Part shown: one piece after another, positions 25,374-37,421 of the stretch
Layout of the letters: every line of letters starts with the position of its first letter
Position numbering within the stretch: position 1 is the first letter of the stretch
NCBI RefSeq assembly: GCF_964194025.1
Contig: NC_134475.1
Span: forward strand, 13,268,001 to 13,332,000
Source of the DNA: Convolutriloba macropyga
Lineage: Eukaryota
Reading direction: 5' to 3'
DNA length: 64,000 nucleotides
The notes under the pieces: model-generated
Seen by the model: the letters and a program-made list of their open reading frames with translations, nothing else
What the model was told of the DNA's origin: nothing
Databases searched by the model: none
Position numbers and translations under genes: made by a program

Positions 25374-25500
25374 GCGCTGTCAGCCTCTAAACGGCTATTA
25401 TTTAGGCGCTCTCCTTTTTACAACTCAATGAACTTGAATTGTATTGGGGCGCTGTCTTTTTTTAAGATCTGTTCATACATTTTCATGATTTTTGAAGTCA
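25374..25500 (+). mobile_element. Truncated A'[B] 5' fragment in DCTN5 intron 1
   Basis: cggctattatt...T-run, tacaactcaatgaacttgaattgtattggggcgctgtc, then aagatctgttcatacattttcatg. Confidence 0.6.
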
Positions 25501-28039
25501 GATTAGCTGGATTTTTGAAGTCATATTGGTTGTTCGTAATATAAGAATTAATGCGAACTCTCAAGTACAAATGCTGAATTTGCTTTCTGTAATTGTGGTC
25601 CGTGGGACTTGATGTGAAGCCAAACGTAATATCGGGACCGGGCTAGGTAATAAAAAGTTTTTATCGATGTCAAATACCATACAAATACCACAGAAAAAAC
25701 ACGAAATTCAAGTACGTACTTGGAAGGGACAGGCAACGAAGCCACTCGGTTCGATTCACAGACTGTCTTTAGTTTTTAAGAATGAGTAATATAACAACAC
25801 GTCCCACGGGAGTCTGTATGTAGCACAAAATGTTCCAATATACCGGTCGCAAAAACAACTTTAAATTCTCCCAGAGAAAACGGAAGTATCCGACAGCTTC
25901 TTATTTGCATTGAAAATTACTTGTACTGTTTAAACCAAAAAAATATTACGTCTTTTTTCATAAGAACAATCAATAAAAGGATAAGTGTAGTACAATCTGA
26001 AGACATAGAAAAACCATGCAAACACGCAGCACACATTACACAAACAAATACCAACACAAACACAAGCTCAAAAAAAATTATCACTTCAATTGGTCTTTAC
26101 TTAAGGTTTGTCCATGTTGATGTAGGTCTTCTTTGTTTTTTTCTTAAAAAAATAGGTGTCAACTTTTTGAGTCAATTGTATCGGTAACTATATTTTCGAC
26201 ACTAAAATTTTGAAAAGTAATTTTTAGGAAAACTTTCAATTTTAATATTTCATGACCACAACGGGACAATTGATTTTTCAAAATCTCGCAGAAATGTCAG
26301 CAAAATTTAAGAAGAGCGTTTAGATATTGGACACATGTGAAACCGCAATTTGTAGGAAATATCGAGTTTTTTTTCCTTCGGACTGTTTCTGCACACTGCC
26401 TCTAGCTGTTTTTAACATGTAAAGGAACGTTGAAAGCTGTTCGTAATGTCCCTTATTTGGTAGCTTTGAGAAACACTAGTTATCAGCAAATTTCTGTTTT
26501 GGCAGTTTCCCCTTTTTTAAGTAAGCGTATTTTAAAGTTATTTAACGTTCTGGGAAGTGAAAAAAGAAAAATTCTTCCTTTTCTTTCAATTGAAATTTCG
26601 TTCTTCACATGAGGAGTTTCGCTGTCGACGAAGGATTTCGTTTTTTTTTTCAATTTACAGAAACTCCCGAAGACTGGAAAAGATCCATTGGAAGGGAAAT
26701 TTCAAAATGAAGAAGTGAAAATTTACCAATCTTCACAAAGAGGTGTGAACTTGTATTAAATTTTTCAGCTGACAATCCATAAACCCTCTAATTTTCAAGT
26801 TCATCTGTATTTACTTATACTAGAGAAGATAAGTTCGAACTATCTGCTCGGACGTTATCAAGAATGCATATAAAAATGATAAGATTACCTTTTTTCTATG
26901 ATGAATTTAGTGGATTTGATGTTCTTTTCATGATACTGTTTTTTTATGTTTCCATTGTCTTGAAAATACGCAATTGGTTAGTTTTGATTATATAAGAATT
27001 GGTTGCAACAACGACTCCAGAGTTTTCGCATTTGATTTTTGCTGTTTTGAGAGCTCTAAATTGTCCGAAATCTTCAATTTCCCTGAAAAATACAGAAAAG
27101 TATTTTTTCTGTATTCAGAAATAAGAGAGATGGGTAGAAATATTTTTGAGAAAAGCAATTTTTTGAGGAAAAAAAAACGAAATTATTTAATAATTTAATT
27201 TGTTATTTTTAGACTTGAAGCTAATGTATTATTCGTCGTTTGTTTCTATCTCAAATTTCAATGCGATCTGTAACGCCATTCATGCATCAACCAGGTTTTT
27301 ATCATTTGAACCAGATAGGATAAATCGATTTTTACTTTTTTTAAAACGAAAGATGACTTATTGTACAAAATTGAAAATCTCAAGATTGTCATTACCTCAA
27401 AGAACTAAGACATTTGCTGGTCCATATTTTTCTCGAAAAAGCTGTAGCATCTATGACGCGTAAATCTGATCGGCCCATGAACATCAATTAATGCTGTTTT
27501 GATTGATTTTCCGAGCCTGTGTTTGTTTTTCGATCAATTTTCCTCGTAACTATTTGTGCATAGGAATTTAATTGTATTTGTATGTGTTTTTCATAGTTGC
27601 AATTTTTGGTCAAGCGTGCTAATGAGTAGTGACAAAAAGTTATGATTTGTTAAATACTCTTGGAGGGAGAAATACTCTGACTTTTCATTTGTATTTAACC
27701 TTTTTGTAGAACCGTTTTCGCTCGCGTGACCGTTCTGACTTTTTGAGTGACTTTGAGGTCCTTGACTTCCTGTGTTGCGTGATCTAATTTGTGTTAACAA
27801 TTTTAAGCTGTTGAACTATAGGTTGCATTTTAATACTATAAGTGGAATGAAAAGTTTCAAATTTGGATTGATTTTTTTCACTCTAAATCTTACTAGGGAC
27901 CTGTAAAAGCTCTCATGACATCTTTTAATGCCAATTATTTCATTTATTTAGGCTGTGATTCCCCCTGCTGTAGCAGGGACAATTCAAGTGAGCCCATGAA
28001 TGCTATTTGTCGTCGGAGTTTTCCCTCAATAATCAAATA

Positions 28040-28330
28040 TGAACGGTATATGAATTGCACATATAAGAACTCTCTAAATTTGCCCTCAGGACAATAAACA
28101 ATCTACACTCTGAAAATTGCCTCGACGATCTGCTTTGTTTTAAAAATCCATCTCGTGTATCGGGATCCGAAAGTATGGAGCTCCTTAAATAGTCTTTCTT
28201 TAAAACAAAAATCAAAGGATACTCCTTGTCGTATAGAGCAACCCGACTGTACAACATCCTTAAACGTCAAGGCATTATTGCCGATGACTTAACCAGCGCA
28301 TCACAAGTTCTCTTCATTTTAAATTTTGGA
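28040..28330 (+). mobile_element. Degraded 3' end of a CR1/L2-type LINE ORF2
   Basis: Interrupted frame YELHI*ELSKFALRTINNLHSE...YSLSYRATRLYNIL resembles LINE ORF2 C-termini (pattern recall only). Confidence 0.4.
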
Positions 28331-28919
28331 TAATTATCTAGTGAATTTTAAATTTGAAAAATAATGTGATTCTGGTGGTGTAGGCCCCTCGGGGCCTACA
28401 CCACCTTTTTTTATACTTGGGTTTTTTCATGCAAAATAAGAGCGTCTGAAACCTTCTAGAATCCGAGATATTGACGTTTTTGGCCCATGATACCAAAATT
28501 TTTCCCGAATTTTTGATAAAAGTTTAATTCATTCGTTTATTTATTTGTGCCAGGGAAAACGCTTGAGAGCCAGAGTGGCTCCGTTGTTTTTCCTCTTCCT
28601 ATTGCCATATTCTCTGTGTAAAAATTTCAAATTTTTTCCTTGTTACTGTATGTGATTCTTTTTTTTTGCTTTATTTGGAGAAATGAATTCATCTATTTGA
28701 GAGCGATTTGTTTGGCGTCAGTAGCTAGTTCTTGTAGTAATCTTGGACTCAGGACACCAAAATTCTTAAAAATTATTTTTTCAACTACTGAAATGTAAGC
28801 TTGTGGAGTTTTCTTAGTCATCAGTCTTCTTTGATGCTAGATCTCAAGAAATATCTGGCAGGTATTTTGAAACAATGTTTTCTAGCACAAGTGTAAGCTT
28901 TTTAATTAATTTGCTTCAG

Positions 28920-29089
28920 ATTCGGTAGGAACTGTGTTATCAGTGAGAGATCAGTTATTCGACCACCATCTAAAAGGTCAGCCAACAAGATCTCCTTCAT
29001 CCCTGTACAGATTGGAGATTGTGTGTATGTTGAGGAAGATGTCATTCTACAGGCTACAAGTGTTGGCAGCTATGTTCACATCGGAAAAG
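28920..29089 (+). CDS. DCTN5: DCTN5 exon 2
   Basis: FGRNCVISERSVIRPP...IGDCVYVEEDVILQATSVGSYVHIGK, left-handed beta-helix repeats; ttcag acceptor, weak donor gtctct. Confidence 0.9.
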
Positions 29090-29594
29090 GTCTCTTTAAT
29101 TTTGAAACCTGGTTATTTATCCATAGGGTTATTATTAGATCAATTCTATTCGGTAATAATTAGATCAGTTTGCTAAACAATTCTGCTTCAAGAAAATTTC
29201 AAAGATTTTTTGCTGAGATATAAAGCAAAATATTTTGAAACACAAAAACAAAACAAAACCTGGTTTATGTTATGTCAATGATATAGATAAGTTTGATGTT
29301 AATTGTGAACGCTTTTAACCAATTATAAAAATAATCTTATTGTGGCTCATTTTTTTGTTGCTCCATCTTTAATTCGCAGATTGAAATTGCATATTGTTCA
29401 GTCAATGTTTATTTGCTTTTTAAGTCTAATCGGCTTTGCTAATGATATGTGGGAGACTAACCGAGACCTGATAGATTAGCAGATATTTTGATTCGACTGA
29501 CGAAAATAACTTCAAAACTCAATAAATTAGTTCCTTGAGAACAGAAATAACCATCTAAGGAAAAGAAGTAGTGAGTTATTTTGGACGTTGGTAG

Positions 29595-29809
29595 GTTCAG
29601 TGATTGGAAAACGAGCGAAACTTGGTGACTGCTCTGCAATTTTGCCCGGATCCTATGTACCCCCAGACACTGTTGTACCAACATTTGCAATATTCGGGGG
29701 ATCTCCTGCCAGATGGGTAGATGACCTTCCAGAAACCCAGCAGTACTTAATGAATGAGGCGTGCAGAGAATACTATTCCAATTTCAAACCAGTCTCAACT
29801 TCATCATAA
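29595..29809 (+). CDS. DCTN5: DCTN5 exon 3 (spliced CDS 552 nt, 183 aa)
   Basis: SVIGKRAKLGDCSAILPGSYVPPDTVVPTFAIFGGSPA...LPETQQYLM...YYSNFKP; phase 1 join. Confidence 0.92.
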
Positions 29810-29813
29810 TTTC

Positions 29814-29819
29814 AATAAA
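29814..29819 (+). terminator. candidate polyadenylation signal for DCTN5
   Basis: AATAAA 4 nt after the stop codon. Confidence 0.4.
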
Positions 29820-30321
29820 TGAGTATCAATTTTGTAGAATAGGCTTTCTTTGATTTATGCGATGGGATATTTAATTAAATTTTTGAATTCAATCATTCAG
29901 GTTTTAAATATAAACCGATAAAGCCCGGTCATTAATTCATTGAGTTTTAGGTTATCAACGTTCTTTAGAGCGTTTGCTAGCTGACATTGGTGTTAAGCCT
30001 ATTAACTTTCAGTTTAGAAGCTGAATTAAATATAATTCTAGAATCTAACTAAAACTGCTCGGCAAATTAGAACACTTTTTGATACTGAAAACTGAAAAAA
30101 AAAAACAGAAAAAAATCTGGTCAATTTATCTCCTTTTCGGTTTCAATACCGATGTGCTTCAAGCGCGTCGATAGCTGCTATTTTCTGGTGATCTGCCGGA
30201 TATGTTTTGATGATTAACGTTTAATGAAATAATTCCACATCTTTTTCAAAGAAGGGAAAAAGTTAACATCATCAATGGAAAAAAATCCTTGAAAACGTAT
30301 AAAAACGCCATTACATTTTAA

Positions 30322-31001
30322 AATTGCTCTCGAATGAGAGGCATTTATTGTAAACGTATGTCTTTTTTATGCAAAATTTTTGCTTGACCGTGTTTGCGCT
30401 TTTCTTCTAGATTAATCTCTGACGTCTCAAGTGATGTTGATAAAATTTGTTGTTCAAATAAAACCAAGGCCCTGATAGCAGAGGTTAATGCATCTGTTGA
30501 TGTAAAGGAATCGGACTCAGGGTGTTGGGGTTCGAACCCTACTATAGTTTGATGTTTTTGCACCCATAAAGAATTTACAATTCCGCCTGTCATTGGAGAG
30601 CAATTTTTCCGACGTTGTTCGGTTTATGTTTGATTACTTTCAGATGTTTCCAGCAACTATCTTTGCCCTGTTGGTCTTTTTAGTGCAATTTTTTGTAGTT
30701 CTTATTTCATTGGACTAGATTTTTTTATCTGTCTTGAGAAGCAGGATAAACTGGAGGTTATTAAGTCAGTGATCATATTTCAAGGAGATTTAGTAGTTTC
30801 TAAAGCAGCGAATGATCAACACTGCTGAGGAGACAAATTTGTGGTATCTACAATTCTCTACGTTTTTTACACAGAAATTCAAAGTGTAATAGGCTTTGAT
30901 ACCCCCTTGCCCAGTGGATGTGGGCTCCTTACGTTTTAAGCTAGCGACGCCCTTCATCAGCCGTTTGAGAGCAACTTGTCCGACGTCAGTCGTTTTATGT
31001 T
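30322..31001 (+). mobile_element. Two adjacent family E elements (30322-30630 and ~30640-31001)
   Basis: 5' aattgctctc, 3' gagagcaatt/gagagcaact + ccga..tcgg-type hairpin + ttatgtt; the first contains a tRNA B-box-like ggttcgaaccc. Confidence 0.55.
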
Positions 31002-31005
31002 TATT

Positions 31006-32024
31006 AACAGCAGCGATAGCTGAGAGGGTCGTATATTGGCATTCTCTTGGTTTTTATGACTCGATGATTAGTATTGGTATACTACAGGTTTTTTTAGTGA
31101 AGAGATATGCCATAACTTGATATTTATCTTCTTTTTTCGAATATTGAATGCTGTTCAAAGCTTTGACTTCTGTTTTCCGACATGGGACTTTAACAGTAGC
31201 TTAGTTTTCAATATATAGTAATTAGGAACTGCTGGCAATTTTCAATGTCGCAAGGTCATTTTCAGGTGTTTTCTTCCCGTAAGTCTTTCCTCCCTTTTCA
31301 AATTAGACATTCCATATACCTACCCCAACCGACCTATCCTCCGAATACCTATCCCTAACCCACTCCACTAACACCCCCACCCATCAGCACCCTCCACGAG
31401 CACCCGCCTACTAACATCCCTAAACTAAAATTAGGTCTCCATTTTCAAAAAAGCTTCGATATTTTTATTGGGCAATTGATAATGTCTTTTTAAATAATTT
31501 TTGATAAAGGAAAGGTCATTTTAAAGATTATATATTACATGACTCTTCGAGTTGTTTGCGGTATATTACCGGCTATGTTATTGTGTCGTCAAGATTTTTA
31601 TTGCGACCTGTGATTTTCACGCTCAATTCAAATCTGCCTTCTGTTCATTCGTTCATCCAATTTCAAAGAGTTGTGTGCGTGACGTGATTCCTCACTCCTA
31701 TGAGAGCTAGCGTTTTTATTCATCTGTGATAATGAACTTTGCTTGCACATGACTTCACGTCAACTAAAAAGGACTTCCTTGCATACTTTAATTGAAAGAG
31801 TGAAGGTCAACTGAGGATATATCACTGTAACTAAAGTTTAATTGAATTTATCTAATTGGAACAACAACTAAGCTATGCTATTTCTCGAAATGAAAATACA
31901 TCTCAGTAGTTGAAAAATTTTCTTTCGGTCTTGTTTCTTATTTTCTGACCACAGGTCCACAAAGCTATTGTAGATTATTTTCTGGCAATCTGCCAGCTAA
32001 TGTTTTTTTAGCTGAACGTAAACC
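31006..32024 (+). mobile_element. Old, diverged composite A[C]; C = ~31056-31579
   Basis: Degenerate A 5', tatgactcga C 5', cttcgagttg...ccggctatgtt C 3', A body, ctggcaatctgccag 3' hairpin. Confidence 0.65.
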
Positions 32025-32079
32025 ATTATGGTAAAAACAATGTTGGCCTTCTTAAGATACTCTAGTCAAGTGGTTCGAA

Positions 32080-32089
32080 TCGTTTTCAG
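32080..32089 (+). promoter_or_regulatory. 3' splice acceptor 6 nt upstream of PRCC ATG (candidate trans-splice site)
   Basis: tcgttttcag|atcaaaATG. Confidence 0.6.
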
Positions 32090-32095
32090 ATCAAA

Positions 32096-32684
32096 ATGTT
32101 GTCAATTGTGAGTTATGACGCTTCTGACAGTGAAACATCTGATTGTGATGAAAGTTGTACATCACAGGAACCTGTTGCTTTGTCGAGCGTCGAACATTCT
32201 CAAAAAACAAAGCAAATCGATTCCCCCGCAGAAGTTTCCAGACGCGAAAAGCGAGTTGCGAATGAAACTTTGAAAAGTACAATTGTTTCTAATCTTAGTA
32301 ATGGTGATGTCAATTCAGACTTTGAAGCTGATGATTCTATTACGACCTTTACGAGTTTAAACTTTTCAACTTCAGTGAGCGACATGCTCTCAGGCCTTCC
32401 GCCACCAAAAAAGAAAAAAGTTAAAGCTACGGAGTCGATGTTTAACGATATCGCGATTCCCAAGAAACTAACGACGCTTCTTGGCAAATCTCTGAACGAG
32501 AAAAGTGAAGCTAAATCAAAGTTAAATCTATCAATTTCTACCACTGATTCGGACGATTCTAACGATGAACAGGGAGCCTCGAAAGAGTCGAACAATAAAT
32601 GGAAGAAAGCTGGTTCTGAAAATGTAACGCTGCATAAAACTGGCGATGACCCCAAGGGCAAAGAGTTCAGTAACCCACTCTTAT
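32096..32684 (+). CDS. PRCC: PRCC (proline-rich mitotic checkpoint control factor) exon 1
   Basis: N-terminus MLSIVSYDASD resembles PRCC MSLVAYASSD; LPPPKK motif; gtaagt donor at 32685, phase 1. Confidence 0.8.
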
Positions 32685-32969
32685 GTAAGTTACTTTTGGT
32701 GGTTACATATAAAGATTATTGTTTGATATAAATTTGATATTAGTCCTTATTTTTTGGATAACATGCTTCGTATTCATTTTAACAGATGGCAGGAATCTTT
32801 AAAACCACAACTTTTTTGGTCAGATTATGAACTGTCAATGTGAATGTTAAATGTGATCGATAACTGCACCTCCTTTTACGCTACTCCAACCAGCATCAAT
32901 TAAAAAAAACTGCCCGATGCTTGGGTTGGTGGGAATAAACAGTTCAATTAACTGCATTAATATTTTCAG

Positions 32970-33733
32970 GTTCTCTTCCAAAAGCTAGAACGTCTTTTGA
33001 TCTGAAGAAAACGCAAATGATGGTGCCTGATTCGGTGAAAAACAAACAGAAGATGGCAGCTACTAAGTCTCGGAGTGTCGCGAATAATATCAAAATGACC
33101 TCTGCAAAACAGGATAGAAGTTGCGACAGTTTATCTTCAAATCAAAAAGAAGACGATGATATTGTGACATCGGATGCTGTATCGTACTTCAATCTATCAG
33201 GGAACCACTCGTCAGAAAGTAGCAGTATATCGAACAGTTTCTATTCATCCCCATATACAACAAGTACTTCCCAATTAGCTTACGATCAGACTGGACCCAA
33301 TTCTTACGACGACGAAGTTTATCCGGATGATGAAAGTGGATCATATGAACATCCATTTGGTAACTCTTTCCAGACCTCTAACATGGCAACTGCGACAACC
33401 AGCAGTAATCTTGATGCCGATGTCTTGCACAGACTACAAGGTCGCAGGAGAGAGAATATCGAGATTGTTGACGTCAACGCTCAAGATCAACTTGAAGATG
33501 TGAGCATCCAAGTGACCAAAGGCATCTCAGAAGAGCAAGAATTCCCAGGAGGTATTGGTCCAATGGGTGGGCGTCATCAGGACAAGGGTGATCCAGAGCA
33601 GAGAAGAGCAAAGAGTAAGCATCAGTTGAACTGGCTAGTGACCCAAGCAAAGGCCAGAGAGGTGCAGCTGAAGAACCAATGGGCAGATAACAGAATGAAC
33701 AGAAGAGCGACACAGATGAAATATGGATTCTAA
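32970..33733 (+). CDS. PRCC: PRCC exon 2 with the conserved C-terminal domain (spliced 450 aa)
   Basis: LQGRRRENIEIVDVNAQDQL...KHQLNWLVTQAKAREVQLKNQWADNRMNRRATQMKYGF* is the PRCC C-terminus; ttttcag acceptor in phase. Confidence 0.92.
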
Positions 33734-33976
33734 TTATTAGTTTAATTTGTGGCTATAATTTGACAAATTTATTTTTGCAGAACTATTTTAGCGAAAAGAG
33801 TCAGAGTATTTTTTATGTTTTGTGTATTGACTTTGAGAGGACTGCTGTAGACTGGTTCGTTCTAAAGTGAGTTCGTTTGTTACAATTTTGTGACACGTAG
33901 AAGAAATAGTTTAATGACTCCATTTAAGTCATTATTAATAAGAGTACTTTCTCTGACGTTCGGTCTCGACCATTGT

Positions 33977-33982
33977 AATAAA
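33977..33982 (+). terminator. candidate polyadenylation signal for PRCC
   Basis: AATAAA ~240 nt after the stop. Confidence 0.4.
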
Positions 33983-34187
33983 ATGAGTCTGATATCGAGG
34001 TAGGCCATTTGATATGAACTTGATATCACAAACGGCCCCTGTCATGAATTAATGGATCCGTCTGTTAATCTTGTTGCATTTATTGACTACTTCTTGAGGG
34101 CGTTGTTATAAGTTCTAAAGTTTGATGTTGACTTATAAGTTCTAAAGACATTGATTGAACGCTGAGGAGACAACAGACTTAGCAGTC

Positions 34188-35600
34188 GTTGTTGTTGTTG
34201 TAGCTGTCGCACAGAGCTGCAATTGGCTGGAAATTTCGGCGAAAAACCGGCGTTTATTGTCGTTTTTAACGGGTACCCTAGTTGCATTTGTATCATAACA
34301 AAAATAGATATATTCGTAGTAGTGTGTGACTGCCTATCCACAACTTGCTTGTAGTGCGGCGACTTTTCTGCATCTACGCCATGGTGAACGACATGCGGTC
34401 CCCGGGTTGGGCCCAGCAGGGGCATCGTCAACATCGGAGGAAAAGGGCTTGGAAGGCGGATTATTCCGTGCAGTGTAGGACTGATGGTTTTAAGTCCAGC
34501 CATTTGGCTACCTCTGCTGGTCTTTCCCACAGGTCCGTGGAACACCACTTTCAGGTCCGTGGTGTTCTTACTGCAGTTGAAAATGTGGTTTACGTCGCAT
34601 TTGGGACTGAGATTATAAACATTGTCACAGATCCTGCTCAAGTAAGAGTTTAGCAGGGGGCAGTATCCAGTTCTCAGTTGTGCTAATCGGATACGTGCAG
34701 TTCTAGGCAGCGTTTTTTCTGCTATCTTTGGTAGAGGTGTACTTAGTTGCTTGCTGTCTTTGTTCAACTGAGTATGGACCGTGAGTCGTTGGAATCTTTT
34801 GAGCGCATTTTTGTATTCTTTTCGATTTAATTGCTCCTTATTGTTTGTGTGTTGTTTCACGCGGTCCCTATAAGTATCAATTAGTGTCGGTCTAATTGGG
34901 ACGAAAACTGGTTGAAAAAGTTTTTTATGATCAGCACGATGGCTCTGATAACTGCCGGCTAGAAATTACTCTGCTAATATTTCTGTGAGCTTTAACAGGC
35001 AGAATTTCACACTCATTGTATAAGTCATTGATGTGAGACATTCTTACACAGCCAGTAATCGTGCGAAGAGCGATGTTTTTTTGCAAGTGTTTCCTGTTTG
35101 TATTGCTGATTGTTGAAGTCCAAATGGGAGCACCGTAGTTCAGAAAATTCCGACCGATAGCTTTGTAAGTCGTTGAGTCTTTTGTGCAGCCCCAGTCGCT
35201 ACCAGCAGTCTTTTTCAATATGTTATGCGGTTTTGTAATTTTTTTGGTGCTCCTTACATGTTGTCCAAAATTGAGCATACTCTCGAAGGTGACACCAAGT
35301 ACTTTGACGACTGGTATTTGTGAATTGTTGATAGTGAGGTGTGGGTCAAACTTGGCATCCTTGGCCCATGTTGTGATTACTGTTCTTCTTGATTTCTCAG
35401 CTGATTCTTGCCAGTCTTCTTAATTATAGCCAGTCGTGTAAAGTGTTTAGGTATGGAGTTATCATGTCACGTAATTTTTTAACCTGTGGGTGAGGTGTAG
35501 TTAAAGTTAAGAGATGCAGTTAAAGCGTAAAACGTGATGTTTATATCTTTCGGGGGTAGAGGCAGCTTGTTCATGTAGATGTTGAAGAGCATTGGCGATA
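34188..35600 (-). mobile_element. 5'-truncated, frameshifted non-LTR retrotransposon (I-group, Ingi/Vingi-like) with (CAA)n tail
   Basis: Minus-strand RT remnants SPMLFNIYMNKLP..., AGSDWG...TTYKAIGR..LNYGAPIW...NIALRTITGC, LAQLRTGYCPLLNSYL...HIFNC, TDLWERPAEVAKWLDL*; 3'UTR with AATAAA ending ctacaacaacaacaac. Clade assignment is from motif recall only. Confidence 0.85.
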
Positions 35601-35756
35601 ATAAATTAACAGTTGTTCAGGTCAATGAATCGCAGTGACTTTTGTAGTTGTACTTATGCTTCTATTGTTGCCATGAAGTCACTGGGTTCTCTCTGATATA
35701 ATTGATGTGGTTGTATTCTAATGCGTCTGCTATGATAACCAGTTTTTCAGATAGTA

Positions 35757-35772
35757 GTTGTGTTGTTGTTAG
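35757..35772 (+). promoter_or_regulatory. 3' splice acceptor 12 nt upstream of TRAPPC13 ATG (candidate trans-splice site)
   Basis: gttgtgttgttgttag|cctaagaatacaATG. Confidence 0.5.
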
Positions 35773-35784
35773 CCTAAGAATACA

Positions 35785-36013
35785 ATGATGCCTGGTGAAA
35801 CGGTGATGCCGTCTAACAGGGATCACTATTTGTCTGTCAAGATGCACAGACTGTCCAAGCCATCACTCGTTAGCTGTCGACCAATTCAGACTGATTACCG
35901 TGACGTCACAGGCATGGCACTTCAGGATATCAAGGACATCACCGAGTGTGAGAAACCTCTGGCCACATCTCAGATGATGATGTTGCCGACTGAATTGGGA
36001 AACGTGTATCTGG
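35785..36013 (+). CDS. TRAPPC13: TRAPPC13 exon 1
   Basis: HYLSVKMHRLSKPSL...MMLPTELGNVYLG matches the TRAPPC13 N-terminal LKVMRL.KP.L / FGNIFLGE motifs; donor gttagt at 36014. Confidence 0.88.
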
Positions 36014-36444
36014 GTTAGTCATTCATATGGTGTCCACGGGCGAAAAGGAGAGTGTATCGGTGTCAATGATTTCGGCTTTTGAATTGTTTCTAGCTCAGTT
36101 TGACCTTTTCTTTGACTTCGTAATTGATAATTTGCACCTTTGATGGTATACAATGCAAAAACACTCATTTGATTCAACCTAAATTTCCAATATCTTCTTT
36201 GATATTGACTCAGAATAATTGTAGAGCAGACACATTTTAACGAAAGATTAGCGGAACAAAAATTATTTTTGATTTCATCAGCGGGCAGAACAGAGCTAAT
36301 CGTCTGCTGTTAGATGTCAATTACAGCACCCTTCTGTAAATAGAGGAATTTAACACCCCCGCTATCATTGTCTAAAAAATTATTGCCTCCATGCCCCAAT
36401 ACCCAAATCTAATTTTGAATGGATTGCATGTTGCTGCTGTTTAG

Positions 36445-37421
36445 GCGAACCATATTCATTTTACGTTACTGTTACCAACGACAGTCATCAACAGGTGAAG
36501 GACGTTGCAATCAAAATCGATCTTCAGACGACCTCAGCCACTCACCTCCTCAACTCGGGTAACCCTCCTTTGGAATGCCTGGAAGCTGACACATCCATTG
36601 ACATAGTTCTGAACCACGAAATTAAAGATGTTGGAGCTCACAATATCATGGTACATGTTACGTATGTCACAGTGAACGGAGAAAAGAACAAGTTCAAAAA
36701 GAACCAAAAGTTTCAAGTTCTTAAACCCTTGGATGTTAAAACAACCTTTTTCAACCCCCTGACCAGCGACATATATTTACAAGCACAGATTCAGAATATA
36801 ACCAATGTTCCCATGGTTATGGAGAATGTATCTTTCGAGCCGTCTAGCCAGTATAAGGTGACAGATATGAACAGTGCGTCATATAGTTTCGACGGTATCT
36901 CTTATATGAACCCACGCGACACGAGGCAGTACATATACAAATTAACTCCTGAGAACCCCAATGCTATTCACAGATCAGTAGAAGGTCAGGTTGCAGGCAA
37001 ACTTGACATAACTTGGAGAACCCAAATGGGCGAGCGGGGAAGACTGCAAACTAGCAATCTACTCAGAAGGGTTCTGAACCCAGGCGAGATCCGAGTGACA
37101 GTCGAGAAGCTACCGAACGTCATCAAGTCGGAAATTCCATTTCCGGTTACGTTGAATATCATAAATTGTAGTGATCGACTGTTACAGCTTGAAGTGCAGT
37201 TACAGAATTTAGAGTCGAATCCGTTAAGATGGCTCGGAGTGTCGGGTAGAAGTTTGGGATCCCTTGATAACAAAACAGGGGCGTCAATCAAATTTGAAGC
37301 AATGCTGGTTTCCTCATATCCAGGCTTACATGCTCTTAATGGCTTTAAACTCTTTGACTCGTTTCTAAGGAAGACTTATGAATTTAATAATATTACTACG
37401 ATTTATGTAGTTTCGCAATGA
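36445..37421 (+). CDS. TRAPPC13: TRAPPC13 exon 2 (spliced 401 aa)
   Basis: GEPYSFYVTVTNDS...KFQVLKPLDVKTTFFN...YLQAQIQNIT...GKLDITWRTQMGERGRLQTSNL are TRAPPC13 signatures. Confidence 0.94.

Noticed and set aside
29090-29594. DCTN5 intron 2 as a U12-type intron (donor gtctcttt)
   Set aside because: Does not match RTATCCTT, and no TCCTTAAC-like branch site near the acceptor.
32200-32661. Minus-strand ORFs overlapping exons (3597-4010, 32200-32661, 33474-33713, 36986-37291, 47406-47654)
   Set aside because: Antisense shadows of real + strand coding exons.
34345-34653. 102-aa + strand ORF
   Set aside because: Antisense to the LINE C-terminus and 3'UTR.
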